In this document: one piece after another, positions 13,194 through 28,275 of the stretch
How the letters are laid out: every line of letters begins with the position of its first letter
Numbering within the stretch: the stretch's first letter is position 1
Assembly (NCBI GenBank): GCA_951406725.2
Contig: OX597818.1
Coordinates: 84,506,001-84,570,000 of the forward strand
Direction of reading: 5' to 3'
DNA from: Octopus vulgaris
Taxonomy: Eukaryota
DNA length: 64,000 nucleotides
Notes under the pieces: model-generated
What the model was told of the DNA's origin: nothing
What the model saw: only the letters and a program-made list of their open reading frames with translations
Database searches by the model: none
Position numbers and translations under genes: made by a program

Positions 13194-14221
13194 TACTCTA
13201 CCTTTCACTCACTCCAACTCTGCCTTTCTAACTAACTAAAGTATAACGGGCAAGCGAACAAGCAGATTATTATACAGATAGATATAAAGATTGTATAAAT
13301 CAAGGGCAACGGAAAATTTGGCAGGTTAAAGTAGGAGTATGTTGAAATCGAATACAAACAAGAACGAATATAATGGTATTTGTTGATGTGATGATGATGA
13401 TGATGATGACGACGACGACGACGACGATGATGATGATGATGATAATTATGATGACGACACAACAACGACGATGATGACGAAGATGATGGTGAGGATAATG
13501 ATGATGACAGTGATGATGACGTGACGATGATGATGATGAAGAATAAGAAAAGGAGGAGTAAGAGGAGGAGGAAAAGAGGAGGATAGGAGGACGAGAAAGA
13601 TGGGAGGAGGATGAAGAAGAGGAGGAAGAGAGGAGGATAGGAGGACGAGAAACCGAGGAGGAGCAGGAGGAGGGAAGATGAAGGGAACAAGGGGAAGGAA
13701 AGGAAGAGGAAGGAAAAGTTGATCCTCGTCATCATCATCATCATCATCCTTATGATGAAAATGAAGAAGTTGGCGATCATAGCGATGATGGCGATGAAAA
13801 GGAGCAACCGCATCAATAGCAAGAACAACAAGGAAGAAGAAAGAGGACAAGTAGAAACAAACATCAACAAGAACAACAACAACAACAAGAATAAGAAGAA
13901 AGAGATGAAATAGAAGAAGCAGAAGTTGAAGGGGAAGAAAAAAAATAATACCAACAACAACAACAACAATAAAGAAAGATGTGTCGTGGTGGAAAGAAAA
14001 CGTGATAACAACAGCAAAAAAAAAAAACAAAAATGTTAATAACAAAAAAAAAAAGTACTACAACAAAAACATCTGAAGTGATAAAGTTTCTTGAAGTCAA
14101 AAATTATTTCTTGTTAAAAAAAAAACCAGTCACTGATGAAAAACAGAGATATATATGTTTAGACAACAAAATCGTAAAACCCCGACTCGTTTCAAACGAA
14201 CAAATAAACTAAATTATACTC

Positions 14222-14290
<69 letters not shown>

Positions 14291-14479
14291 ATATATATGT
14301 GTATATATATGTGTGTATATATATGTATGTGTATATATATATATATATATATATACATATATATATACACACACACATACATATATATATACACACATAT
14401 ATATACACATATATGTATATATATATGTGTGTATATATATGTATGTGTGTGTATATATATATATATACATATATATATG

Positions 14480-14535
<56 letters not shown>

Positions 14536-14936
14536 TATACATAATGCATGCATATATATATATATATATATATATATAGTTTTCTTTTAAGACATAAAAT
14601 TTAAAATTACAATAGTAAAGACGAGTTGTTTCTTTTCATTTTTTATTCTTTTGTTTCGTTTTGTTTCCTTTTTTTGATTGTTTATTATTTATCTTTTGGC
14701 TGGCTTTTGTTGTTGTTTTTGTTGTTGTTGTTTTATTTCAGAAGGTAAAAATTAAGCAAACTATGATTGGGTGTCAAAAGCACAAAACAAAAAAAAAAAA
14801 AGAAAAAAAAAGAATAATATATCGGTTGGTTGTTTGATGAAACTTGATGTGACTATGTTAAAGAGAAAACATCATAAGAGCAACGTATGGTGTCATATTA
14901 TGTAGCTGGTTGTAAATGAGCGCGTACGAATCTGTA

Positions 14937-15061
<125 letters not shown>

Positions 15062-15482
15062 CATGTGTATATATATATATACATATATATATACACATAC
15101 ATATATATATATATATATACGTATAAATATATATACATATATATATGTATGTGTATACGCGCATTGTTTACGACATAATAACAAAGCATACAAAATGGAT
15201 GGAGACAGTACTAAGGCTTCCTATTTCAAATTGGTAGCACGTTTCTCATATTTACAGCAAATGTGAGTTCGAATCCTCCAGCCTTTTCTATCCAATGAGG
15301 CTTTTTGAACCTAATATTCTATATGCCAGTACGTATAGCTTTATCTACTTAGAATGCCACCATTAAAACAATTTGTTATATATTTGTATGTATGTATGTA
15401 TGCATATATGTATACACACACACACACACATGCACATATAAACACACACACGCACACATACACATATATGTATGTATACACA

Positions 15483-15650
15483 TACGAAGGAGTGCTGAAA
15501 AGTTCCTGGCTTTGGGTAAAAGAAAATATAAGAGGATCAGTTATGATTTTATTCGACATATTCCGCTCTCAAATTTACGCAATTGTTGCAGCGGTCCTGT
15601 AAAAGTCCTGTAAAAGAAAGCGGAAGGTTGGGCCTTCAACCAGGCCTTTC
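15483..15650 (-). mobile_element. mariner transposon 3' end with TIR
   Basis: TA plus TIR-like cgaaggagtgctgaaaagttcctggctt; minus strand encodes LQDRCNNCVNLRAEYVE*, the mariner RW.KCV...G.YVE ending. Confidence 0.8.
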
Positions 15651-16775
15651 ATCTCTTATACAAATTTTTTAAACTCGCTATAGTTAAAAAAATCTGTTTA
15701 AGAGATGAAAGTAGTAACTATACTGAGAAGTTGAGTTTATCACCACTCCAGCATGGTCGTTCCGTAAAAACCGTCGTTACAACTAGTCTAACCACCGGAG
15801 GACACCTCTTCCAGCAGGTTACTCGTTACAATCTGCACTCGATATATATAGCAAACAAGAGAGTGAATCCCTACCATCTTCAAGCCACGAGCCCACCAGT
15901 CCGTACAGTTTCGACCTCTTTGTACTAATCCTCGGTGCTGGATACCTGTCCGCTAGAGGTAGCAGTAGTTCGGGCTAGCTCGCAATATATAGAAAATAAA
16001 TGACACCTAGTCACTGATCTGGCAACAAGTAACTTAGCTTGGTGAGGGATGGGGGCGATTTGGTGGCGTTAGTCATGGTGGCATTGGCGGTGTGTTCTGT
16101 AGAAAAGGGTTGTTAATAACAATAATAAGACCGATGGAATTTCTCATCCAAGTCATTTAGTTTGCCAATAGCTTGTGATAAAGTTTCAAAGCCGTTTCTG
16201 GCTCATGCTCATGTTTACAACACTGTCTTCTTGTTGTTGTTGTTGCTGCTTATGCTGCTGCTGCTGCTGCAACTACTTTGCTGCACTTGATATATATTGT
16301 TTTTTTTTTGTTGTTGTTAGCGTTAATATTATTTTTGTTGTTATTTTCATTATTGTTGCTACCACTCTTGTCGTTCTTGTTCTTAACTGTCCTCGCTTTT
16401 TAAATGCTTTATATTGTTATTTAAACTGTTTTTATTATCGTTGTTGCTGCTGCTGCTGTTGTTGTTGTTGTTGTTGTTGTCACTGCTGTTTGCTGTACGT
16501 TGTCATTCATGCTGTCGTGGTTATTGTTGTCGCTGTTATTATTTCTGATGGTTGTTGGTATTGTTGCTGTTGTGGTTATTATTTTTATTGTTATTCTTTT
16601 CATGTAGCATGTTGCAATTTTTGCTGTTTGTGTTATTGTTGTTGTTGTTGTGGCTGTTGATGTTGCTGTTGTTGTTTGATCGGGTTTACACGTTTAACAT
16701 GTAAATTACATGTTAAACTGAGGTGATCACATTTTCCTATGTTTAACTGCTGTGTTTCCATCAAATTTAGAGATT

Positions 16776-16819
<44 letters not shown>

Positions 16820-17104
16820 GCATGCACACACACACACGTACGTGCATCTACGAATGTACAATTATATATACATACACATATACAAGATCATTTTCTTACA
16901 CACACACACACGGCCACACACGACCACACACATGCACACATAAAGACATACATACCCACACGTACACAAATACATGCGTAAAAACATGCATGTAACTGAT
17001 GGTTGTGAAGTCACCTCTGAAAATGTATAAATTCAAATGAATATATACAGATGCATGCATTACATACATACATGAATACAGGAACACACACATATGTATA
17101 TGTT

Positions 17105-17145
<41 letters not shown>

Positions 17146-17469
17146 GCACACACATACATTTACACACATGCAAATATTACGGGTAGCGGAAAAATACGTA
17201 TATAAGAATATGCATGTATAACATCCATAGATGACAACATAAAATACAAACTTATATACACACATATATACGTACATCATATATATATATATACATGTGC
17301 ACCAATTGCATAGACTCATGAATATATGTATGTCATACTTACCTCCACATCAATGAATACACGTACAATATACATAAATACGTACGCAAATATTTTGTAT
17401 CATATATAGTTATATAGACAGAGATACATTTATACATGCATACTCATCATATACATGCTAAGTAATGTC

Positions 17470-18200
17470 GACACAAAGTGCAGTCTCTCTTGGACTCGTG
17501 ATCTCTACGTCACGCGTTTGCAATCCAAGAACATTAAATTATTAAGCCTTACCTCATGAACAAAAGAGAGTGAAGCTCTTTGAGCCCCAAGATGCAACCA
17601 AAATGTCGATTATGTGACATTTCTATGGAAGACATCGCACATGTGATCAGCAACAGCCCAGAAGTATCATCAAAGTACAGCCTCCCAATGCGACACAACG
17701 TTGTAGCTAAAACAGTATACAGTACCATCCAAAATAGAGACTGTCGTGAGATAAATATAGTCCAGAAGAGCGTCATGAAATAAATATAGATATATTGAAA
17801 ATATCCACAAATATCAACAATGAATAATGGAGGAAGATTCCCATGAAAACCTGTAGCAACTGCAAGCATAACATGCTGGATAGTGTTGTTTCGGAGAGAC
17901 AAGAAATTGCATGTTCATTCATAAAAGTCAGCTGCCTTGCTGATGAGAATATCTCTCCGAAAATCAAAAAGAGTGAGAATAAATTCAAACAACTGCTTCG
18001 AAACTTGCAGCTTCTATAAGCAGATAATAGCAATAATAATTGCTGCACTTGTATTGATTGGTAAATATCTAAATGACAAGTTGGAAAAGCTCGGGTTATT
18101 CAGAAAAAGAAATTGACCAACTGACTCACACACTATAGATACAATCTGTAAGTGGAACAAATAAAATCTGCATGTCTTTCTCCATTTTAATATGTGAATT
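17470..18200 (+). mobile_element. Decayed REL-endonuclease non-LTR retrotransposon (R4/Dong-like), C-terminal region
   Basis: KCRLCDISMEDIAHVIS..PEVSSKYSLPMRHNVVAKTVY is a zinc knuckle plus RHN motif; downstream FIKVSCLADENIS.KIKKSENK resembles the PD-(D/E)xK nuclease; many stops and frameshifts. Confidence 0.8.
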
Positions 18201-18586
18201 TAGATTCACTGTCGGCACTCTAACAGTGAAGTACTATATCTTTGTTAGAAACCAGCTCTTGCTTTACATGAACACTTCAAATACTTAAAATTAGAAAAGA
18301 ACATACATACATAAATACATGCCTACTTACATACATACATACATGCCTAATCATACACACATGCTTTTACATGCACATACATACACCGAGTTACAGATCC
18401 ATACATGTAACTCTCTTAATCACTCTTTCCTTCCCCAGATATCGTTGGTACTCTCTTTCTCCCCCTTTTTCTCTTTCTCTCGCTCTCTCTTTGTGTCTCT
18501 TCTGTCTTCCTGGGGGTCTTAATGATAAAAGATGCACATGCACCAAGGAATACGTAAACACACACATCTTAATATTTATATGTATG

Positions 18587-18653
<67 letters not shown>

Positions 18654-18680
18654 TGTATATTGTTTTATTGTTTTATTAAT

Positions 18681-19169
<489 letters not shown>

Positions 19170-19184
19170 GTCGTTAATTGGAAG

Positions 19185-19410
19185 GTGTATGTATTATATT
19201 ATATATGTATATTATTGTATTTATTATATTATATCTGTATATTATTGTATGTATATATTATGTATGTATTATATATGTTATACAAATGTATTACACAAGT
19301 GATAATAAGATTATATATCATACGCTTTATTGAGTTTTGTTACACGCCTGATACCCCGGTCTGTGGGAGACTTGTCTTGCATAAAAACGGTCCGTTGTGT
19401 GGACCGCTAA
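19185..19410 (-). mobile_element. hAT (Charlie-like) MITE fragment
   Basis: Reverse-complement similarity to 49948-50120 (ccggtctgtgg..ttgtcttgcataaaaacggtccg..ggaccgct and ctttattgagttttgtta). Confidence 0.6.
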
Positions 19411-19758
19411 TCTCGGCTACGATGTGACAGTCTCCAGTAAATTACTTTTTATGTGTTGCGTATGGTACACAGAGACAATTTGTTTGTTTTTTTTGTGTTT
19501 TTTTTTTAAAAGATCTCAAGAATAAAAAGAAAAATTCCTTTTAATAATACAAGCAGCAAACAATACGCATTAACTAGTTTTAGTTTTACGCTGCAAGAAA
19601 GAAATTAAAAGTCTTTAAATGTTCCAAAAATTTGTCCTTCCTCGAAGGAAAGCTTTACCTTGATGAAGGCCAACTCACTGAAGCACTTAACACATTCTTT
19701 CCTTTAAGCAGCAATCTAGCACACAAACACACATACACACACACATATATATGCATAT

Positions 19759-19809
<51 letters not shown>

Positions 19810-20147
19810 CAAATATATATATATTTATATACATGTACATATATATACATATATATATATACGCACACATACACACACTCAAGCAGGTACATATGCACAC
19901 ACATACACCACACACGCGCGCGCGCACACACACTACATTCACGTTTTCTGCTTTTTCGATTTTTTCCTATTTGCTATTTTAATTTTTTTATATGTGAGAT
20001 TTTTTGAGACCTTTTCTCTGAATAACCGCTATTGAAGCTCAGTTTCAAGGCTTTTGGGTTACATACGATTCAACTCGCAAAAAATGTTACAAAATAAATA
20101 TATAAATAGATAAATAAATAAGTATATAAATATGTCTGTCACATACC

Positions 20148-20361
20148 TCTCTTTTACTCTTTACTCTTTTACTTGTTTCAGTCAGTTGACTGCGGCCATG
20201 CTGGAGCACCGCCTTTAGCCGAGCAACTCGATCCCGGGATTTATTCTTTGTAGACCCAGTACTTATTCTATCAGTCTCTTTTGCCGAACCCCTAGGTGAC
20301 GGAGACATAAACACACCATCATCGGTTGTCGAACAATGCTAGGGGGACAAACACAGACACA

Positions 20362-20407
<46 letters not shown>

Positions 20408-20570
20408 CATATACATATATACGACGGGCTTCTTTCAGTTTGCGTCTACTAAATCCACTCACAAGGCTTGGGTCGGCCCGAGGCTATAGTAGAAGACACT
20501 TGCCCAAGTTGCCACGCAGTGGGACTGAACCCGGAACCATGTGGTTGGTAAGCAAGCCACTCCTGCACCC
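20148..20570 (-). mobile_element. SINE family B
   Basis: Near full-length match to other family B copies, including (cttttact)n tail repeats. Confidence 0.92.
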
Positions 20571-21201
20571 ATGATAAATGTAAGACAAAGACAGACAAAA
20601 TAAATAAGTAACACTATATAAAAGGCATGGATACATACGAAGCGAACCCATACACACACAGACATGAAACTTGATTGACGGCCATAACAACGTCAACAAC
20701 ACAAATGACACGCTTGTGGTAGTTAACAACAACTACCACAATGGCAATACCGTAGGCGAACACACACAGAGGAATACAGGAATTGTACTATATATGTTTT
20801 TCGGGTCTTAGGACAGTAGCAGCACATTGGGGTGAGAGGATGGAGCTGAGGGGAAGGCCACACTGCTGCTAAAACTATGACACTCACACAAGCACACACA
20901 CACACGCATACACACAATCAAGAACACAAACGCATGCGCACTTAACGATACGCATCTTAGAAGAAGAGAATGGAGCAAATGGAGCAAAAACACACACGAA
21001 AATGAAAAGTGTCGCTGAAGGGATCACAGATTTCCGGACAATGGACATGAGTTAAAATAATAAAAAAAAAAAACAGTAATAAACGCGTGAAGAAAAAATA
21101 CATAGTGCGTGTGTATTTGGCCAAAAAAAAATGACTATCCCGAAATACAACAATATATAACTTTGCTAAGTTTCGGCCAGTATAGGTCCAGGCCATGTCT
21201 A

Positions 21202-21259
<58 letters not shown>

Positions 21260-21268
<9 letters not shown>

Positions 21269-22260
21269 AACATACACACACACATACTTACACACACACT
21301 CACCTGCACGCGCACACACATGCATGACAAACACCCATACACTCACACTCACATACGCACACACCAACATAAACACGCACACGCACACACACACCTACAC
21401 TCCCACACACATACACACGCACCTACTTACACACACGCACGCATACACACGCACACACACGCATACACACATACATTACACACGTACACACACACCTACA
21501 TACACATGCATACACACACACACACAAACATGCACGGACACACCCAGACATACATACATACACCTATATACACACGCCCACACACCTACATACACACACA
21601 TATACACACGCCCACACACCTACATACACACACATACATACACACACATACACGGACACACCCATACATACTTACATACATACACCTATACACACACGCC
21701 TACACACCTACATACACACACATGCATACACACACACACATGTACGCACATACACACACATATACGCACATACATATATACCCACACACATGCACACACA
21801 CACACATACGCACATGCATGCATGCATGCACACGCGCACACCTACACGCATACACACACACACACGCACGTACACATACATACATACACACACATACATA
21901 CACCCATACACATACATGCATCCTACACACACATACATACACACTCACACATACATACACACACACACTCACTCACACACCTGTATGTACGCGCACACAC
22001 ATGCACATACACACACTTCCACACACCCACACGTACATACATACACACTCATACACATACACACACACACACACACGGACATACATCTATGCACACACAC
22101 ATATACACACATACTCACATACATTCATCGGACACACTGACACCCAGACATACACACAGACATACTCACACATCCACACACATACATACTTACGCGCATA
22201 CTCGCAGGCGCGCGCACACACGCGCTTGCGCCGGTTCGCGCACGCATACGCGCTGCATGC
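21260..22260. repeat. 1-kb cryptic (CA/CATA/CACG)n tract
   Basis: Read directly; source of the 391- and 403-aa His/Thr ORFs. Confidence 0.9.
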
Positions 22261-22325
22261 ACCTCGCTCTTGGACCCGACGAGACCTCCCGCTCGTTCTT
22301 TCTTTCCTCTCTCTTCCTTCTTTAT

Positions 22326-22360
22326 GTTTCCGACGAAGAGCTCCGCTCGAAACGTCATAC
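22326..22360 (+). ncRNA. Minimal type-I hammerhead ribozyme motif (PLE-type), U4C variant
   Basis: gttt-CCGACGA-A-GAGC tcc GCTC-GAAA-CG-TC-atac: helix II, palindromic ACGT helix III, GUC cleavage triplet. Confidence 0.7.
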
Positions 22361-22447
22361 CTTCCTGCTTCCATTTCCTGAGTGCCTATTAATAATAATA
22401 CTGTAATTGTTCCATTGTTGTTGTTTTTTTGTTTTCCCGTTTGGATT

Positions 22448-22492
<45 letters not shown>

Positions 22493-22989
22493 CATGTATA
22501 AGAACATAGTAGAGTACACTATGAAACTACATATGCGTATGTATATATGTAAACCTATATAGAACGATGTATATGTACATGTAAGTTCGTCAACTGTATG
22601 TCCGGTGAATTCTTGAAGGTCAGCCAATGGTAATTACAAGCCTGACCTTACTTTCTTGCTTTTGCATTTGTGTAACATTTTCCCGTTTTATTCCGTCTTT
22701 GTTTTCATAGACATTCGCTGCTTTCTTCCAAGGAATCTAATGCTCTTAGCTTAGTTTTTCTTGGGGCTAGCCAGATTGGAGCAATCTCGAGTATAACCAG
22801 CCGAAATTGCAAAGATAATCTGGAACTCGAATGAGGAAAGAAAACTCCGAATGACCCGTCCTTGTTTTCTTTGTCTCGTCTGTCTGGATGTTTTGTTATC
22901 CCTTTTTTGGATCACCTAACTCTCTGGATGTTTTGCATTCTTGTCTCCTTTTTGTATTTTATATATATATATATGTATATAAAATAATG

Positions 22990-23046
<57 letters not shown>

Positions 23047-24215
23047 TGACAACAAAAGAATGAATGAGACCTCGATATTTTGTAAGCACAGGAATTTATA
23101 AATATATAATATTGTATATATATGCATACTCAGAACCAATGTAGAAATTAACAAATTTTATTTTGGTCCAGTTAGTCTGTTGCTACTCTGAATTTCATCC
23201 TGGGTTCACAGGATCTTCATCCAAAAGTGAAGCTCCAATAGCATGAGACTGACTCGACCAAAATAATCTATATGTACCTAAATATATATGTTCATACAAA
23301 CGTGCATGTGTGCATGTGTGTATGCATGCATATATGTATATGAATGTGTGCGCATCATGTGAGTTCTTGACGCACTCACAACCACTTGACAACCCGTGTC
23401 TTTTTTACCCCCCTCCCCCCAGTAACCTATCGGTTCAGTAAAAGAACAGATTATATAAATACGAGGATTTATAAATACGATTATATAAATCGATACAAAC
23501 TGGTATCGATTTATTCGACTAAAATAATACTAGGTGGTGCCCCAACGTGGCCGCAGTCAAATGGAAGAAAGAAAAACATGTTAAACATAAAAGACAAAAT
23601 CACCGGCGTAACAAAGTGCGTAACCGAAATTTCCCTTATATTATAAGGACAATCCATTCGATAGACCGCTGTAGTTTCATCTGTCCAACACTGCTTTTAG
23701 TATTAAATTCTAACCTAAGTGATTGATGAAAGATAACACGCTTAAGGATCGAAATCAGAACTCATGATTACCAAGGGAACTACTTAACCATTATCCATGC
23801 CTATGTCTATTTTGTGAAGCGTGATAACCTGGTATTCTGTGTAAAATACACAATACAGATTATGGTGTATACGTCAGTTCATTGTTTAGATCGAAGTAAC
23901 GAAGTAACGAACGTAGAAAATATTGCTTAACACTTTGTGTAACAAGGATGTCGCTAATGCTTCCCGTCGTATTCGTTTTGAACTGTAGGAATCACCTTCG
24001 ATACCCATGTAATACATAAATGTATCAGTACAGTTACAATACCGTGGCTTTTTAAATATACTCACAGAGCAGGAATGACTTTTCACTAAAGAAATTCAGA
24101 GACGTGTCCATGATAAACGGATGTAATTGTATTTTGATGAATTTCTTCAGTTCTTAATAAACTAGAACAAGAATGAGCGCAAAAATTATTTTTAAAAAAC
24201 CCAAAGAAACATAAA

Positions 24216-24375
24216 GGCGCAGGCGTTGCTGTGTGGTAAGAAGATTGGCTCCCAGCCACATGGCTCCAGGTTAAGTCCTACAGTGTGGCATTTTCTGCAG
24301 AACTCTTCTACTATAGCCTCGGAATGACGAAAGCCTTGTGAGTCGATTTAGAAGGCGGAAACTGAAAGAAATCTG

Positions 24376-24415
<40 letters not shown>

Positions 24416-24880
24416 CTTTGTGCCTGTGTTTATCACCACCATCAGCGATTGACAACCGCTGTTGGCGTGTTTACGTACCTGTAACTTACAGGTTCGGCAA
24501 AAGTATCGATACAATAAGTACTAGGCTTAAGGAATAATCACTAAGGTCGTTTTGTTCGATTAAAATCCTTCAAGGCAGAGCTGCAGCATGTTCGCAGTCA
24601 AATGAAACAAGTAAAAGAATATATATATATATATATATATATATGCGTCTCTGTTTTCGTATTTGTGCTTATCCTCCGCTACCGCTTGACAGCCGCTGTT
24701 GATGTGTCTACGTATACGTAACTTAGCGGTTCAGTAAACGTATAGATAGAATAAGTATCAGGCTTAACAACAAAATAATTATTGGGATCAATTTATTTGA
24801 GAAAAAACAAATTCTCCAAAGTGGTGTTCCAGCATGGCCGCAGTCGTATGACTGGCATAAAAGATAAAGTATAAAGGATA
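24216..24880 (+). mobile_element. SINE family B plus a tandem second 3' half
   Basis: Head ggcgcaggcgttgctgtgtggtaag, internal (TG)n, tails ending ~24620 and ~24860. Confidence 0.85.
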
Positions 24881-25189
24881 TCATTTACCAAAATTAGACC
24901 GTTGCTGCAGAAAATATGGTGCAAACGGGTTTAGTAGGCTAAGTAATGCATTACCGTATCCTGGCCAATATAATGTAAGGGATGCCGTGTTGAAGTATTT
25001 GTGTTTTTTGAGGGGGCAATTTTGAATGCATGTAAGTTGCATAAAGAGCAATGAGGCATTTTGGAAATGATATTTAGAGTATAGTGTTACAGATGTGTAC
25101 TGCAGTGTGTATGTATACTTTATAGATGAATATACGTATGTGCGCAAGTGTGTGTGTTTGTATGTAAGCGTATGTACGGATGCATGCAT

Positions 25190-25268
25190 GTATGTACGTA
25201 TGTATGTGTTTGCACATATGAATGTATGTATGTGCATGTGTGTGTATGTATGTATGTATGTATGTAAG

Positions 25269-25318
<50 letters not shown>

Positions 25319-25850
25319 TCTGTATATGTATGCATGTATGTCCATGTGTGTATTATATAAGTAGGTATGTGTAGGTATTTATGTATGTGTGTATGTATAC
25401 ATGTATGTATGTATGTATGTATGTATGTATGTATGTATGTATGTATGTATGTATGTATGTACGTATGTATGTGTATGCACTTATGAATGTATGTATGTGC
25501 ATGTGTGTGTATGTATGTAAGTAAATATGTATGTATATATATATATATATATATATGCATCTGTATATGTATGCATGTATGTCCATGTGTGTATTATATA
25601 AGTAGGTATGTATAGGTATTTATGTATGTGTGTATGTATACATGTATGTATGTATGTATGTATGTATGTATGTATGTGTATGCACTTATGAATGTATGTA
25701 TGTACATGTGTGTGTATGTATGTATGTAAGTAAATATATATGTATATATATATGCATCTGTATATGTATGCATGTATGTCCATGTGTGTATGTATATAAG
25801 TAGGTATGTGTAGGTATTTATGTATGTGTGTATGTATACATGTATGTATG
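25190..25850. repeat. Three tandem ~200-240-bp units built from degenerate (TATG)n
   Basis: gcatctgtatatgtatgcatgtatgtccatgtgtgta..ataagtaggtatgtgta recurs at ~25316, ~25557 and ~25754. Confidence 0.85.
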
Positions 25851-26422
25851 TCAGTACGTATGTAAGCATATGTGCATGTATGCATGTATATTATATGTGT
25901 ATGTATGCATATATGCACGTATATATGTATGCATGTCAATATGTATGTAAGTATATAAGCATGTATGTATGCATGTGTATGTATATATATATGTATGTAT
26001 TTATGTGTGGCAGTCACTGCAGTATATGTCAGTGTGCGTATAATGAGTGGGTGGGTGCAGAATGTTGCAATGTTGTTGCATATTTGGGGCACGGTGTGGG
26101 AGGCGCATTGCTGCACAGTTATGGGTATGACATGGAAAGTATAATATGTCAGTCAGTGAGTATACAAAAAAGAAACCAACAAAAAGCCTGGAACAAAGAT
26201 AAGAGAAGGAAAAGGTGAGGACGAGGAGGAAGGGAAGAAGGAGGAGGGGGACGGGGACGGGGAAGAGGAGGAGGAGAAGAAGAAGAAGAAGAAGAAGAAG
26301 AAGAAGATGATGAAGATGAAGAATATGACGACGACGGCGAAGACGACGACGATGATGATGACGATGATGAAGATGATGTCGACAACGATGATGATGATGA
26401 TGATGACGATGATGATACTGAC

Positions 26423-26456
<34 letters not shown>

Positions 26457-26547
26457 GTAGAGATGATGTTGTTCCGACTTCTGTTGTTGATTTTGTTGTT
26501 GTTTGTTGTTGATAATATTTCCGCTTCTGTGGTGGTGGTGTTGGTGG

Positions 26548-26590
<43 letters not shown>

Positions 26591-26756
26591 AAGCATCGTT
26601 AAAATTAAGGCAAAGAATAATGACGATTGATGGACGAAAAGAACAACACCGACAACAACAACAACAACAACACGTACAGACACTTAAATCAACATCTACA
26701 CAAACAATAACGGCAACAAAATATAACGCAATCAGAGGACGATTAACTACAGCAGC

Positions 26757-26789
<33 letters not shown>

Positions 26790-27504
26790 ATTAGCACCAA
26801 AAACATCCATAATTACAACAACCACGAAAATGATAACAACTATAACAATAATAAAAACAACAACAGGAAATCTTGATATGTGACTTGAATTTCCACTAAG
26901 ATGTCTTATTTAGTCTTCTAATTTTTTTTCTCCTCTTCTCCCTCCTCCCCTTCATCATCCTCTTTTTTTTTTTACTCCTTCCAGCCCCTCCTTCTTCTTT
27001 CCGAACCTCTTCTTCGTGGAGTTAAATAGAATGTGATGGAGACATTTGTTTTTGTTTTGTTTTGTTTTTTTTGTTGTGTTTGTTTTCCTGTTTTTGTATA
27101 AGTGTTTTTGCTGCTGCTGTTGTTGTTGTTGTTGTTGTTGTTATTATTCTTGTTGTTGTCATTTAATAATATAAATAAAACAAACGGAAAAGAAGAAGAT
27201 AGTGTGCAGCGTGTGGCGGTTGTGGTGGAGGGGAAGGGCAGGCGGGTTAGTTAAAAGTTGCAGCCTGTCTGTTACTGCGCCAATATGTTGCTGTGCAGAT
27301 TTACCAATAAGGTAACAGGAATATTAGTACATAGATGCAGGGGATGGAATGGGGGGAGAGCAATGGTGCAGTTTAAGGAGGGAGAGGGGGAGAGAATGGA
27401 GGGGAAATAGAGTGGAAGAAATTAGAGATTACCAGATAAAAGAGTTAGGTGTGTTTTTTTTAGTGGGGAAAAAATTAAGGAATAGGGAATGCGAAAAAGA
27501 AAAT

Positions 27505-27709
27505 ATTCTTTTCTGCTCTAGGCACAAGACTCGCAATTTTTGGGGAGGGAGTCAGTCGATTAGATCGATCCCAGTACATAATTTATCGACCCCGAAAGGA
27601 TGAAAGGCAAAGTCGACCTCGGCGGAATTTGAACTCAGAACGTAACGACAGACGAAATACGGCTAAGCATTTCGCTCGGGGTGCTAACATTTCTGCCAGC
27701 TCGCTGCAT
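27505..27709 (-). mobile_element. SINE family A
   Basis: Reverse complement of the family A head and Deu/Nin-like body. Confidence 0.9.
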
Positions 27710-27789
27710 TAGAAAGAAAAAATATTAAGAGGTAAATAGACTAAGAGAAAAATGTTGGGAGAGTCAGCGAAAGAGAGTGAAAGTCAAGG

Positions 27790-27834
<45 letters not shown>

Positions 27835-28244
27835 TCCACGTTGAAAGAGTCAGAAAGGGAATGTCCCACACAAAAAAGTATAAACTTGCAGAATTCAGGC
27901 AGAGAGATACTGAGAGTAAATAAAGGAGTATGGGAGGTAATGAGAGAGAGAAAGGGTGAAAATAGAGAGAAAAGGAAGTGAAGAAAGAGAGTTAGAGAGA
28001 GACAGAGATGAAGACGAGAGGATTAACAGACACAGAGAAGTGGAAAGGAGGAAGGGTAAATGATAGATAGATAGATAGATAGATAGATACATACATACAT
28101 ACATACATACATACATACATGATACATACACACATACCTACATACATACCTACATACATACATACATACATACATACATGATACATACATACATACATAC
28201 ATACATAATACATACATACATACATACACATACATAATACATAC

Positions 28245-28275
<31 letters not shown>

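Noticed and set aside
14130-14170. CTGATGA followed by a weak stem
   Set aside because: No GAAA/NUH half of the core.
21195-22406. 403- and 391-aa His/Thr-rich ORFs
   Set aside because: Cryptic CA-repeat; compositional artefact.
27255-27320. Small hairpin and possible AG..GT exon in unique sequence
   Set aside because: Stem too short and branched for a pre-miRNA; splice signals weak; peptide unrecognised.
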